The position numbers were made by a program, and so were the translations under genes. Below the pieces are notes generated by a model. The model did not search any database, was not told where the DNA came from, and worked only from the letters and a program-made list of their open reading frames with translations. 64,000 nt of DNA from the NCBI GenBank assembly GCA_028286685.1, contig JAQBRA010000004.1, forward strand, positions 120,300-184,299. Direction: 5' to 3'. The stretch is from Candidatus Adlerbacteria bacterium. Lineage in GTDB: Bacteria > Patescibacteriota > Minisyncoccia > Phycocordibacterales > SBAW01. Numbering within the stretch: the stretch's first letter is position 1; every line of letters begins with the position of its first letter. Of this stretch, positions 10,314-20,715 are shown piece after piece.

Positions 10314-10652
10314 CTACTTCTTAAGCTCGTCGATTTTTGCCGCCAAAATAAAGTCGTTTTCGCTCAGGCCGCCTATGGCGTGGGTCATCAGTTCAATACT
10401 CAGGGTGTTGTAGGAAATGGTCAGGTCCGGATGATGACCCTCCTCCTCGGCCACAACGGCGATCTTGTTTACAAAATTTATCGTCTCGACGAAGTCCTTA
10501 AAGGTGTAAGTCGTCGCTAAAATGCGCCCACCGTCTATGAGCATCCACGACGGGTCAAGCTCCTTAAGGAGCTCTGCGGACTTCTCCGGTATTAGCGGGG
10601 CCACGCCGCCCTCGCACGGCTTGCACTTGCGCTTGTGGAGCTTTTCTTCCAT
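10314..10652 (-). CDS. phhB: pterin-4-alpha-carbinolamine dehydratase
   Basis: C.PCEGG, AEEEGHHPD and THAIGGLSENDFILAAKID motifs. Confidence 0.93.
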   Translation of the reverse strand: MEEKLHKRKCKPCEGGVAPLIPEKSAELLKELDPSWMLIDGGRILATTYTFKDFVETINFVNKIAVVAEEEGHHPDLTISYNTLSIELMTHAIGGLSENDFILAAKIDELKK

Positions 10653-10661
10653 ACGAATACC

Positions 10662-11639
10662 CTACGCCTTGCGCGGCGCGCGGGCAAGGCTGATAACGTG
10701 GTCTAAAAAGGCCGAAAGGCTCGACCCTACTGCCTTGAGCGCCTTAGGCAGGAGCGACTCGCTGGTAAGCCCCGGCAGCGTATTTACCTCCAAAAAGTAA
10801 ATACCGCGCTTGGAAATGATAAAGTCTGAGCGCGAGTAGTGCGAAAGGTTAAGTCCTTCGTGCACAGTCTTGGCGATCTGCTCCAGCTCCCCTTTTTCCT
10901 TGTCGGTAAAGTTGCCGGGCACGCGCTCGGTCGTTTCGCCGCTGTACTTGGCCTCGTAGTTAAAAAACGGCTGATGCGGCGGCGGCACTATCTCGACCGG
11001 CATAAGCGCATAGGTGCGCTCGTTCCTAAAGTCGTCTACGACGCCCACGGTGGCCTCGCGGCCGGGGATAAACTCCTCGATAAGGATGCGGGGCGAAACC
11101 GCTGCCGCACGCGCCAAGGCGTGCTCAAGCGCGTGATAGTTGTGGGCTACGTGCGTACCCACTGAGGAACCGCTCGAGACCGGCTTAATAATTGCCGGAT
11201 GCGGGAAGGAGCGGAACAGCCGCCGCGCCAAAGCGTCTATCTCCCCCTCTTTGGCGGGCTCCAACACCAGGCCGTGCGCCACTTTAACGCCCAGCTTCTG
11301 CACGGCCTCCTTGGTGTGCTGCTTGTTGAACGCAATGGAGGAGCTAAAGGCATTAGAGCCCGTGTAGGGCACGCCCAAGGCATCAAGCTGGCGCTGTACG
11401 CGGCCGTCCTCGCCGTACTCGCCGTGCATGGCGTTAAAGGCCACGTCGACGCCCTTCAGCGCCTTTTCCGGGTCCATAGCGACGCCGTGCACGTGCCACT
11501 CGCCGTCGCGCGAGATAAATATGTCGCGCGGCTCGTACTTGTCGCGGTCCAGGTGCTCCAGCACCGAAGCGCCCGACTTGAGCGACACCTCGTACTCGCC
11601 GGACGGCCCGCCGCGCAATACTCCGACAACCGTTCTCAT
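10662..11639 (-). CDS. ddl: D-alanine--D-alanine ligase
   Basis: GGPSGEYEVSL, HGEYGEDG, GSSVG, YEAKY and LEVNTLPG motifs. Confidence 0.95.
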   Translation of the reverse strand: MRTVVGVLRGGPSGEYEVSLKSGASVLEHLDRDKYEPRDIFISRDGEWHVHGVAMDPEKALKGVDVAFNAMHGEYGEDGRVQRQLDALGVPYTGSNAFSSSIAFNKQHTKEAVQKLGVKVAHGLVLEPAKEGEIDALARRLFRSFPHPAIIKPVSSGSSVGTHVAHNYHALEHALARAAAVSPRILIEEFIPGREATVGVVDDFRNERTYALMPVEIVPPPHQPFFNYEAKYSGETTERVPGNFTDKEKGELEQIAKTVHEGLNLSHYSRSDFIISKRGIYFLEVNTLPGLTSESLLPKALKAVGSSLSAFLDHVISLARAPRKA

Positions 11640-11711
11640 GCCTTGAGTATATAACAAAAGGAAACGCCGCCGAAACATCGGCGGCGTTGAGCGATTTGTG
11701 CGTATGCAAAA

Positions 11712-12014
11712 CTAATAGCGGACTGGGTGGATATCAACCCCGCAAGCACAGTGGATCTTGCTTGCAAGCGTGTGCCTATTGCCACAATTGGGACAGCCTA
11801 CCCTGCCTTGCCAGCCCTCATACTGCACTTGTTTGACCGGCCGCGATACGGCTCGCCTCACGGGATCCGGCCGGCGCGGATGCGCCCGCGCAAACATACG
11901 ATTGCGGTACCCTTCGACGCCGCTGCGGCCGACGATATCGCCCGTGCTATTGCAGCGGAAGCGATTGCGGCTCAACGGAGTAAAAGTGGCTTCGTGTTGC
12001 CCTGGCTCACCCAC
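11712..12014 (-). CDS. hypothetical protein with C-terminal Zn ribbon
   Basis: CPNCG...CACG; SD-like GAGGAGG upstream. Confidence 0.55.
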   Translation of the reverse strand: MGEPGQHEATFTPLSRNRFRCNSTGDIVGRSGVEGYRNRMFARAHPRRPDPVRRAVSRPVKQVQYEGWQGRVGCPNCGNRHTLASKIHCACGVDIHPVRY

Positions 12015-12080
12015 GGGACCCTCCTCGGTTGAATGAACAAATAAGCCTCGCCCGCAAAGATAGCACAGGCAGAATTATAG

Positions 12081-13334
12081 TTAAAGCAGGAGGCTCTTGC
12101 GAGTCTTTTTGCGATGATAGGAAATGGCAAAGCGGTGCGCCTCGGCGTTTGCCAGCAATATATCGCGCTCGCGGTCCTTTATGACGTCGCGGTCGCCTGC
12201 TATTGAGCGCGGCCGGTGCTTTTCGTCCTTAACGACGCCCACGACCGGGATCTTGATGCCGTACTGGTCCAGCACTTTCTGCGCGGCATTGATCTGGGCC
12301 TTGTGGCCGTCCACCACGATGAGCTTGGGCATAGGCCACTCGTCGTGCCCCAGGCGGCGCGACAACACCTCTTTAAGCGAGCCGGGGTCGTCCCCGCCCT
12401 TGGCCTCGCGCAGGATAAATTTGCGGTACTCCATTTTGTTGGGCAGGCCGCCCTCTACCACCGTCATGACGCCCACATGGCCCGAGCCGGCCAAGTGCGC
12501 GATATCGTACGCCTCGATGCGGCTGCCGCTCGCGGCATTACCGCTGCGGAATTCCTCTTTTATCAAAGACACGTCCTGGATGTGGGTCAGCGCAAAAAGC
12601 TGCTGGCGCAGGCGGGCAGCTTCCTCGAATTCCTCGTCTTTGGCAGCCCGCTTCATTTCCTTTTCCAAAGACTTAACCAAAACAGACTTCTTGCCCTGGA
12701 ACATCAAGACAATATGGCGGATCGTGCGGCGGTACTCGGCCTTATCCACTGCGCCGCTGCAAACGCCCGGACATAGGCCGATAGAAGCATCAAAACAGGG
12801 CTTGCAGACCTTCCCGGCCTTCTTGAGCTCCTCGCACGGCGTGCACTTGATGCGGTACGGGAATATCTTGCGCAGCAATTTCATGGCCTGCTGCAGCTGT
12901 ATGCCATGCGGGAACGGCCCGAAGGTGTGTGCACGGGTCTTTTCAGGGAATTCCGCTTCCAAATTCTTATTGCGCACCACTAAGACGCGCGGATAGTCCT
13001 CTTTGGTTATAACGACGTTATTAAAGCTCTTGTCGTCCTTAAGGTCGGTATTGTAGTAGGGCTTGTGGGTGCGAATAAGCGACGCTTCCAGCAGCAGCGC
13101 TTCTAAGACCGAGTCCACTGCGCGGAAATCTATAGAGGTCGCCTTCTCGAGCATCTCCACCAGCAAGGGTCCGCGGGTGTCTATAAGATCCTTGGCGAAG
13201 TAGCTGCGCACCCGGTCGCGCAGACTCGTGGCTTTGCCGATATAAAGCAGCTTCTTGTTGCGCCCCAAGAAGAAATAGACCCCCGGCGTGTCCGGAATTT
13301 TGCTGGCTTTTTTCTTATACTGCTCTAAATTCAT
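12081..13334 (-). CDS. uvrC: excinuclease ABC subunit C (short form, lacks C-terminal HhH)
   Basis: GIY-YIG domain (PGVYFF, LYIGKA), UVR domain and RNase H-like RIEAYDIAH. Confidence 0.92.
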   Translation of the reverse strand: MNLEQYKKKASKIPDTPGVYFFLGRNKKLLYIGKATSLRDRVRSYFAKDLIDTRGPLLVEMLEKATSIDFRAVDSVLEALLLEASLIRTHKPYYNTDLKDDKSFNNVVITKEDYPRVLVVRNKNLEAEFPEKTRAHTFGPFPHGIQLQQAMKLLRKIFPYRIKCTPCEELKKAGKVCKPCFDASIGLCPGVCSGAVDKAEYRRTIRHIVLMFQGKKSVLVKSLEKEMKRAAKDEEFEEAARLRQQLFALTHIQDVSLIKEEFRSGNAASGSRIEAYDIAHLAGSGHVGVMTVVEGGLPNKMEYRKFILREAKGGDDPGSLKEVLSRRLGHDEWPMPKLIVVDGHKAQINAAQKVLDQYGIKIPVVGVVKDEKHRPRSIAGDRDVIKDRERDILLANAEAHRFAISYHRKKTRKSLLL

Positions 13335-13397
13335 ATTGACATTGTATACTTACAGTGTTACATTGACAAGTAGTGAAGCAGTAGAGGGAGATGTTTT

Positions 13398-13577
13398 ATG
13401 GCGGAAGAAAAGCTCAAGACTGAACTGGTCAACACGCTCGACAACCTTGATGAAGATTCGCTCCTCACAAGAGATCAGCTCAAGGAGAATGTCGAAAAAC
13501 TCACCCCAGAGGCGGTGGAGAAAATCAGCAATGTACTGCAGCAGAGCGAAGGCATGCCAAAGAACAAAGAAAAATGA
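13398..13577 (+). CDS. 59-aa acidic small protein (absent from ORF track)
   Basis: MAEEKLKTELVNTLDNLDED...; SD-like GAGGGAG, upstream TTGACA-17-TACATT, downstream hairpin. Confidence 0.6.
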   Translation: MAEEKLKTELVNTLDNLDEDSLLTRDQLKENVEKLTPEAVEKISNVLQQSEGMPKNKEK

Positions 13578-13580
13578 CAC

Positions 13581-13618
13581 AAAGGCCGGGAAGCTCCATG
13601 CTCTCCCGGCCTTTTTTA
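13581..13618. terminator. bidirectional intrinsic terminator
   Basis: aaaggccggga...tcccggcctttttt. Confidence 0.75.
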
Positions 13619-13619
13619 T

Positions 13620-16220
13620 TTACCTGCCCTTCAATACCTTTTTGAGATACTTGCCGGTGTGCGAGTTTTTGTTATTGGCAACCTCCTCGGGCGTGCCTTT
13701 TGCAATCAGCTGGCCGCCGCCCTTCCCTCCTTCGGGGCCAAAGTCGAGCAAATAGTCGGACGCCTTGATGACATCCATGTTGTGCTCGATGAGCACCACC
13801 GAGTTGCCCGCGGCCACCAGCTTGTTAAGGATATCGATAAGCTTGCGCACGTCCTCGTAGTGGAGCCCGACCGTCGGCTCGTCCAGGAGATAAATGGTCT
13901 TTTGCAGGTGCGGGCGGTAAAGCTCCGAGGAAATCTTGACGCGCTGGGCCTCGCCGCCCGAAAGGGTCGTCGCGGACTGGCCGAGCTTGAGGTAGCCCAG
14001 GCCTACATCGTCCAAGGTCTTCAAGCGGTCGGAAATAGAAGGAATATCCTCGAAGAACTTCATCGCCTCCTCGATAGTCATTTCCAAGACGTCGTAGATG
14101 CTCTTTTTCTTGAATTTGACCTCCATGGTCTCCTTGGTAAAGCGCTTGCCGTTGCAGATGTCGCAGGTCACATATACCGTCGGCAAGAAGTGCATCTCCA
14201 CCGCAATGACGCCGTTGCCCTCGCAGGTCTCGCAGCGCCCGCCGCCCTTCTCCTGCTTTACGTTAAAGGAGAAGCGGTTCGCCTTCCAGCCGCGCGCGCG
14301 GGCCTCGCTGGTCTCGGCAAACAGCTCGCGGATAAAGGTAAAGGCGCCGGTGTAGGTTGCAGGGTTAGAGCGCGGGGTGCGGCCGATGGCCGACTGGTCG
14401 ATGAGTATCGCGCGGGAGAGATGCTCGGTGCCCTCGAAGCCCGCGGCGTTGTGCACCTGGTTTGAGCGGTAGCGCTTATCAAAGCGCGCCTTGAGGTTCT
14501 CGTGCACTATCTCGTAGAGGAAGGTCGACTTGCCCGAGCCCGAGACGCCGGTCACCGTTACCAGTCGGCCGAGCGGTATATCGACGGAGAGATTCTTGAT
14601 GTTAAATGCCTTGCCGCCTTTAACTTTAAGGAAGCCTTTATCCTTCTCGCGGCGCTCCTCGGGCAGCTCAATTACCGTCTCGCCGCGCAAGTAAGAAAGC
14701 GTTATCGAGCCGCTATCGTTCTTCTTGGCGGTCAGGAGCTTCTCGAGCCAGTCGGCCACCACCACGTTGCCGCCATGGACGCCAGCGCCCGGGCCGATGT
14801 CTACCAGGTAGTCTCCGGCGTAGATAGTGTCCTCATCGTGCTCAACGACAATAATAGTATTGCCCAGGTCGCGCAGGTTAAGCAGCGTCTTGATAAGGCG
14901 CTCGTTGTCGCGCTGGTGGAGGCCGATAGTCGGCTCATCGAGCACATACAAAGCGCCCACGAGGCCGGAGCCCAGCTGGCTCGCTAGGCGGATACGCTGC
15001 GCTTCCCCGCCCGAGAGCGTGTTGGCGCGGCGGTCGAGCGTCAGGTAATCAAGGCCCACATCGAGCATAAACTTCAGCCGCGCCGAAATTTCCTTGATGA
15101 CCGTTTTTGAAATTTCCTGGTCCTTTTTGGAGAGGTCGAGATTGTCGAAAAATTCGTACGCGTCTGCGATGGACGAATTGGTAATGTCCATGATGTTCTT
15201 GCGCACCGGATCCTTCTCCCGAGTATCTTCCAAGAAGACATTGAGCGCCTCGGGGCGCAGGCGCGCGCCATTGCAGACCGGGCACGGGTCGTCGCTGTAG
15301 ATATGCTTGGTGCCCAGGCCGTTGCAGGCCGGGCAGGCGCCGTACGGCGAGTTAAAGGAGAAGAGGCGTGGCTCTACCTCAGGGAAGGAAAATCCGTCGT
15401 AGGCGCACATGAACTTGGCCGATACCAGGCGCTCGCCGTGGGCGTCAACGACGCGCACCAAGCCCTCGGACTCCTGCAGCGCGCGCTCGACCGATTCGGA
15501 CAGGCGCTCGATAGCCGCCTTCTTGTCGGTTTTAAATTCGCTCACCAGTATTTCGTCCACCAAAGCATCGATATCGTGCTTCTTGTGGCGCGCCAGCTCT
15601 ACCCGCTCGCGCAGGTTGATTATCTTGCCGTCCACGCGGGCCTTTTCAAACCCTTTGCCGAGTAGGTCGTACAGCAGCTGGTAGTACTCGCCCTTGCGGC
15701 CGACCACCACCGGGGCGAAAATCGCTATCTTGTCGTCGTTAATATCGACACCCATGACTTTGCGCGCATTTTTAGGCGCCGCCTTGGTAACCCCTTCAAT
15801 AATGCTCTCGATAATTTCCTGGTTGCTGTGCTTTTTTATCTCGCGTCCGCAGATAAGGCAGTGCGGATGCCCGACGCGCGCGTAGAGGATGCGCAAGTAG
15901 TCATAGATTTCCGTAATAGTTGCAACCGTCGAGCGCGGATTGTTGGAGCGGCTCTTCTGGTCGATCGAGATAGCCGGGGAAAGGCCGGTTATCTCCTCGA
16001 CATCGGGCTTCTGCATCTGGCGGAGGAACTGGCGCGCGTACGCAGAAAGCGACTCGATATAGCGCCGCTGGCCTTCGGCAAAGATAGTATCGAACGCCAA
16101 GGACGATTTGCCCGAGCCCGAGAGGCCGGTAAAGACGACCATTTTGTCCCGCGGGATCTTAAGGTCGATGTTTTTAAGGTTGTGGGTCTTTGCCCCTTTG
16201 ATATGTATGAAATTTTCCAT
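13620..16220 (-). CDS. uvrA: excinuclease ABC subunit A
   Basis: Two ABC ATPase modules (GLSGSGKS, GVSGSGKS, LSGGEAQR) and Zn fingers. Confidence 0.98.
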   Translation of the reverse strand: MENFIHIKGAKTHNLKNIDLKIPRDKMVVFTGLSGSGKSSLAFDTIFAEGQRRYIESLSAYARQFLRQMQKPDVEEITGLSPAISIDQKSRSNNPRSTVATITEIYDYLRILYARVGHPHCLICGREIKKHSNQEIIESIIEGVTKAAPKNARKVMGVDINDDKIAIFAPVVVGRKGEYYQLLYDLLGKGFEKARVDGKIINLRERVELARHKKHDIDALVDEILVSEFKTDKKAAIERLSESVERALQESEGLVRVVDAHGERLVSAKFMCAYDGFSFPEVEPRLFSFNSPYGACPACNGLGTKHIYSDDPCPVCNGARLRPEALNVFLEDTREKDPVRKNIMDITNSSIADAYEFFDNLDLSKKDQEISKTVIKEISARLKFMLDVGLDYLTLDRRANTLSGGEAQRIRLASQLGSGLVGALYVLDEPTIGLHQRDNERLIKTLLNLRDLGNTIIVVEHDEDTIYAGDYLVDIGPGAGVHGGNVVVADWLEKLLTAKKNDSGSITLSYLRGETVIELPEERREKDKGFLKVKGGKAFNIKNLSVDIPLGRLVTVTGVSGSGKSTFLYEIVHENLKARFDKRYRSNQVHNAAGFEGTEHLSRAILIDQSAIGRTPRSNPATYTGAFTFIRELFAETSEARARGWKANRFSFNVKQEKGGGRCETCEGNGVIAVEMHFLPTVYVTCDICNGKRFTKETMEVKFKKKSIYDVLEMTIEEAMKFFEDIPSISDRLKTLDDVGLGYLKLGQSATTLSGGEAQRVKISSELYRPHLQKTIYLLDEPTVGLHYEDVRKLIDILNKLVAAGNSVVLIEHNMDVIKASDYLLDFGPEGGKGGGQLIAKGTPEEVANNKNSHTGKYLKKVLKGR

Positions 16221-16375
16221 AGGTTTTATTGCTTTTGTAGCTTACCGTAGAGCTCCTAAGAGCGGTACACAAATAAGCCGGGGACGCACAACGCCCCCTT
16301 GCATAGTGCAGGGGGTGGCGTATGTGTATCCACACTCTACCATAACGGCACAAAAAATGGGACTATACTAGGCTC

Positions 16376-16564
16376 ATGAACAAAACATTCTTCATCAAGG
16401 TAGCGACCTGCATTTTTACCCTCGTAGGCTTGGTGCACTTGTATCGCGCGCTTAACGACCTGCCATTTGTCGTGGCAGGATGGGCCGTGCCAGTTGATTT
16501 GTCTTGGGCAGCGGGCGTCGTGCTGCTTTTGCTTGCATGGACCGGCTACCGCCACTGGAGATAA
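16376..16564 (+). CDS. small membrane protein
   Basis: 62 aa, two TM segments. Confidence 0.65.
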   Translation: MNKTFFIKVATCIFTLVGLVHLYRALNDLPFVVAGWAVPVDLSWAAGVVLLLLAWTGYRHWR

Positions 16565-16626
16565 TAAATTAGGCAGCAAGAGAAATTAAAAGCGCCCGAC
16601 CGAAAGGAAGGGCGCTTTGTCGTTAG

Positions 16627-16713
16627 CTACCGCCTGGCGGTAGCGTCTCTTGTTGCGAGCGGAGCAAAAGTGAGAAACAGTAGCACCGCTGCTCCGAGAT
16701 ACACGGCCGTCAT
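16627..16713 (-). CDS. 28-aa hydrophobic peptide
   Basis: MTAVYLGAAVLLFLTFAPLATRDATARR; strong SD GGGGAGG 5 nt upstream. Confidence 0.5.
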   Translation of the reverse strand: MTAVYLGAAVLLFLTFAPLATRDATARR

Positions 16714-16796
16714 TGAAACCTCCCCTGTTGCTGTGCCGCTTAAGCGTATCAGTACCCTGTCTTGCGTCCAGGAAAGTTATGCACCTTTCAGCGGAT

Positions 16797-16995
16797 ATAA
16801 AAAAGCCCCGGTGCTCTCAATCGTTAATTCATATCAAATGAAAAAACGACAAGCACTCGGGGCTCTTGCGCGGCGCGATTCGCACGCTGCGCACAGAAAC
16901 GGTAGCTCTTGGAAAGAACAAGTGAAGCGAAGTCGCACATTCCCAGCGGCACGGGGTGGTGGGGGGACAGGAACGCCGCGCCTCCGCTTCATTTT
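16797..16995 (-). ncRNA. candidate structured ncRNA or leader
   Basis: Promoter directly upstream, two GC-rich hairpins, then a long stem with a U-tract. Confidence 0.4.
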
Positions 16996-16997
16996 CT

Positions 16998-17026
16998 ATA
17001 GTACTCCTTTCTTTGCTGTATGTCAA
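16998..17026 (-). promoter_or_regulatory. sigma70-type promoter
   Basis: TTGACA-17 nt-TACTAT on the minus strand. Confidence 0.7.
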
Positions 17027-17054
17027 GCAGTAGCACAAGAGTCCGCAAATCTCT

Positions 17055-19160
17055 TTATTTCCTAGGCTTTTTTGCCGCCTCTTTGGAATCGCGCTGGGCG
17101 CGCTTGACCTTGCCCGCCTCTTCCCCGCGCAGGGCCGAGCGCTTTGCAGGCGCGCCGTTAGTGATGGTGTACATCTCGTCGCGCAGTATCGCCGCGGTCT
17201 CAAAGTCGAGATTCTTGACCGCTTCGGCCATCTGCTCGCGCTTTTCGGCAATAAATTTGCGCGGGTCTTTCTTATACAGATCCTGGTCAACGTCCAGCAA
17301 TTGCTGCACGGCGCGGCCATGTTCCGTACGCAGCTCGTCGGTAATGTCCTTGATAGCCTTCTTGATAGTCGTGGGCGTGATGCCGTGCTTGGTGTTGTAG
17401 GCCACCTGTATCGCGCGGCGGCGGTTGGTCTCGCTAATGGCTTTCTTTAAGGACTCGGTTTCATTGTCGGCATACAAAATAACGCGGCCGCCCACATTGC
17501 GGGCCGCGCGGCCGATAGTCTGTATCAGCGAGGTCTCCGAGCGCAAAAAGCCCTCCTTGTCTGCGTCGAGTATGGCCACCAGCTCTACCTCCGGCAGGTC
17601 CAGGCCCTCGCGCAGCAGGTTAACGCCTACCAGTACGTCGTAAGTGCCCTTGCGCAGGTCGGTAAGGATCGTGATGCGGTCCAGGGTCTCGATGTCGCTA
17701 TGGAGGTAGGCTGCCTTGTAGCCGCGCTCCTTGAGGAACTCAGACAGGTCTTCGGACATTTTCTTGGTGAGGGTGGTAATAAGCACGCGCGCGCCGCGGT
17801 CTATGACTTTCGTCGCCTCATCCAAGACATCCTGCACCTGGCCGAGCGTGCTGCCGGTGCCGGTTACGGGGCGCACGACAATCTCCGGGTCGATAAGGCC
17901 GGTCGGGCGGATGATCTGCTCGACTACATTCTCGCCGCTTTTCTCTTTCTCGTATTTGCCGGGGGTGGCCGAGGTGTATATCACCTGCCCTACCCTTTCT
18001 TCAAACTCTTCGAACTTCAGGGGGCGGTTATCGATAGCGCTGGGCAAGCGGAAGCCGTAGTCGATAAGGTTTGTCTTGCGCGCGCGGTCGCCCTCGTACA
18101 TGCCGCCAATTTGCGAGACCGTTACGTGGCTCTCGTCGATAATAGTCAGAAAGTCGGGCGTGCCGTCCTTTTTGTGCGGGAAGTAGGCCAGCAAGGTGTA
18201 GGGCGGCTCGCCCGGCTTGCGACCGTCAAAGTGGCTCGAATAGTTCTCGATGCCGTTGCAGTAGCCCATCTCGCGGATGCGGGCCAGGTCGTAGTTGGTG
18301 CGGCGCTTCAGGCGCTCGGCCTCGAGCATCTTGCCCTGGCCCTCGAGCTTTGCCAGCTGGTCCTTAAGCTCGCTCTTGATGTGCTCGATTGCCTTCAGGC
18401 GCTCGTCCTCAGGGGTTACGTAGTGCTTGGCCGGAAATAAAAAGAGCGACGCGCCCGATTTGATCTCGCCGCGCGTGGTCGCATCTATAATGCGCACGTT
18501 GCCGATCTTATCGCCCTCGAAGTCCGCCTTGTATATCACCTTCTCGCCGGTGGGCATGATCTCTATAGAGTTGCCGAGCGCGCGGAACGTGCCCGGCTTG
18601 AGGTCGGCCGTGGTGCGCTCGAAGTAGATGTTTATCAGCTCGCGGATAAGCTCGGCCCGGGTCTTCTTGAGTCCGGCGCTAATTTCCAAGTGCACCTTGC
18701 GGTACTCATCCGGCGATCCTAGCGCGTAGATGCACGACACCGACGCCACAATAATGACGTCCTTGCGGGTAAGCAGGGCCTGGGTGCTGGCATGGCGCAG
18801 GCGGTCAATCTCCTCGTTGATCTGCGCCTCTTTCTCTATATAGGTGTCGCTGGTCGGGATGTAGGCCTCCGGCTGATAGTAGTCGTAGTAGGAAACAAAG
18901 TAGTGCACCGCCGCATCCGGAAAGAACTCGCGGTATTCCTGCGCCAGCTGCGCCGCCAGGGTCTTGTTGTGGGCAATGACGAGGGTCGGCTTGCCTATCT
19001 GCTCAATGACATTGGCGCCAGTAAAGGTCTTGCCCGAGCCAGTAACACCAAGCAGGGTCTGGTGCTTTTCTCCGCGCTTGATGCCGGCCACGAGGGATTC
19101 TATGGCCTTTGGCTGGTCGCCGGCAGGCTTGTGGGTAGATTTGATAGTAAAGACGGACAT
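17055..19160 (-). CDS. uvrB: excinuclease ABC subunit B
   Basis: [26 protein letters not shown] and QTIGRAARN motifs. Confidence 0.98.
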   Translation of the reverse strand: MSVFTIKSTHKPAGDQPKAIESLVAGIKRGEKHQTLLGVTGSGKTFTGANVIEQIGKPTLVIAHNKTLAAQLAQEYREFFPDAAVHYFVSYYDYYQPEAYIPTSDTYIEKEAQINEEIDRLRHASTQALLTRKDVIIVASVSCIYALGSPDEYRKVHLEISAGLKKTRAELIRELINIYFERTTADLKPGTFRALGNSIEIMPTGEKVIYKADFEGDKIGNVRIIDATTRGEIKSGASLFLFPAKHYVTPEDERLKAIEHIKSELKDQLAKLEGQGKMLEAERLKRRTNYDLARIREMGYCNGIENYSSHFDGRKPGEPPYTLLAYFPHKKDGTPDFLTIIDESHVTVSQIGGMYEGDRARKTNLIDYGFRLPSAIDNRPLKFEEFEERVGQVIYTSATPGKYEKEKSGENVVEQIIRPTGLIDPEIVVRPVTGTGSTLGQVQDVLDEATKVIDRGARVLITTLTKKMSEDLSEFLKERGYKAAYLHSDIETLDRITILTDLRKGTYDVLVGVNLLREGLDLPEVELVAILDADKEGFLRSETSLIQTIGRAARNVGGRVILYADNETESLKKAISETNRRRAIQVAYNTKHGITPTTIKKAIKDITDELRTEHGRAVQQLLDVDQDLYKKDPRKFIAEKREQMAEAVKNLDFETAAILRDEMYTITNGAPAKRSALRGEEAGKVKRAQRDSKEAAKKPRK

Positions 19161-19166
19161 ATAGAC

Positions 19167-19270
19167 ACTATAACCGAGGATAGCGAGGAAACAATAAATC
19201 AAATTTATTGAATTCCGAGCGTCGCAGGGTATATGAGACGTTTTACGTGCTCATATAGCAAATGCGGGCA
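19167..19270. repeat. duplicated intergenic block, copy 1
   Basis: Exact 22-mer actataaccgaggatagcgagg, a 24-mer attccgagcg.cgcagg.tatatg and aaatgcgggc all recur at 20583-20671. Confidence 0.8.
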
Positions 19271-19353
19271 AAAAAAGGCCGCCTGCGAGTTATGGGGTGC
19301 AAGCGGCCGCGGACCATTGCGGGCGGGGGCCCACGATCCGCACCGCAACCGTA

Positions 19354-20574
19354 TCATTTTGCCTGGTATTTTTCCAGGAAGCTGTCGCGATACTGCTCGA
19401 AGGTGCCGTCTAGAATACTCTCGCGGATCTTTTTCGTGAGCTGAGTTAAGAAGTAGATGTTGTGCTGCGAAGCCAGGACCAAGCCCAGCATTTCTTTGGT
19501 ACGGAAGAGGTGGTGCACGTAGGCGCGGCTGTAGTCGGTGCATGTCGGGCATTCGCAGCCCTCATCCAAGGGCCCCCAATCCTCCCGGTAAGCCGAGGCG
19601 GTAATCTGGTACTTCCCTGTTTTGGCATACACGCCGCCGGTGCGGCCGTTGCGCGTAGGCAAGACGCAGTCAAAGGTGTCGATGCCTGCAGCCACGCCAA
19701 TAAAAATATCCTCAGGCTCGCCGATGCCTAAAAGGTGGCGCGGCTTTTCTTTGGGCAGCTCAGCATTTACCTTCTCCAATATTCCCAATATGTCCCACTT
19801 GCTGAACGAGCCGCCGATGCCGTAGCCGTCAAAATCCATGCTTGCGAGCTCGCGCGCGCTTTCAAGCCGCAAATCCTCAAAGCGCCCGCCCTGCACGATG
19901 CCATAGAGGCCCTGTGCCTGGTTTGCTTTAATATTCTGGCGGTGCGCCTTAAGGCTGCGCAGCGCCCAGCGATGCGTGCGGTCCATCGCCTCTTTCTGGT
20001 ACTGATGCGGCTCGTTGGGCGCCGTGCATTCGTCGAAAGCGTAGATGATATCCGCGCCGAGCTTGTGCTGGATCTCAATGCTGCGCTCGGCCGTAAAGCG
20101 GTGCAGCGTGCCATCGACATGCGAGGTAAAGGAAACTCCTTCCTCGTCCACTATGGCCAGGCGGCCGTGGCTTGAGGCCAGCTCGGCGTCATAGACCGCA
20201 ATCGCGTCCTCCCGCGCCGCTTGCTCGGGCAGGAACTTGGATAGCTTGACCCCGAACGCCGCGCCCAGGGAAAATACCTGGAAGCCGCCCGAGTCGGTCA
20301 TGATCGGGCCTTTAAAATTCATAAACTTGTGTATGCCGCCCGCGCGGGCCACAAGATCCTCGCCGGGCGAGAGGTACAGGTGGTAGGTGTTGGCGATAAT
20401 CCCCTGTACGCCCAGCTTGCCCCAGTTAGCCTGGTCGACGCCCTTGGCGGTCGCCTTGGTAGCGACAATGGTAAAGGACGGCGTCTGAATGTCGCCGTGC
20501 GGGGTACTCAAAACTCCCGCCCTCGCCATGGAGTTCGGGAGTTCTTTCTCTATAGTGAAGTTAATGGGACGCAT
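19354..20574 (-). CDS. tgt: tRNA-guanine transglycosylase
   Basis: NTYHL, TDSGGFQVFSL, GIVQGG and CxCxxC..H Zn site. Confidence 0.96.
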   Translation of the reverse strand: MRPINFTIEKELPNSMARAGVLSTPHGDIQTPSFTIVATKATAKGVDQANWGKLGVQGIIANTYHLYLSPGEDLVARAGGIHKFMNFKGPIMTDSGGFQVFSLGAAFGVKLSKFLPEQAAREDAIAVYDAELASSHGRLAIVDEEGVSFTSHVDGTLHRFTAERSIEIQHKLGADIIYAFDECTAPNEPHQYQKEAMDRTHRWALRSLKAHRQNIKANQAQGLYGIVQGGRFEDLRLESARELASMDFDGYGIGGSFSKWDILGILEKVNAELPKEKPRHLLGIGEPEDIFIGVAAGIDTFDCVLPTRNGRTGGVYAKTGKYQITASAYREDWGPLDEGCECPTCTDYSRAYVHHLFRTKEMLGLVLASQHNIYFLTQLTKKIRESILDGTFEQYRDSFLEKYQAK

Positions 20575-20582
20575 GAATGATT

Positions 20583-20671
20583 ACTATAACCGAGGATAGC
20601 GAGGGGAGAAAGCTTGCTTTCTCATTCCGAGCGGCGCAGGTTATATGCTTGCATATATAAAAAATGCGGGC
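20583..20671. repeat. duplicated intergenic block, copy 2
   Basis: Matches 19167-19270. Confidence 0.8.
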
Positions 20672-20715
20672 CGCCCGATAGGGCGGCCCGTTCTTGGAGG
20701 CGTTGAGCAAAAAGC

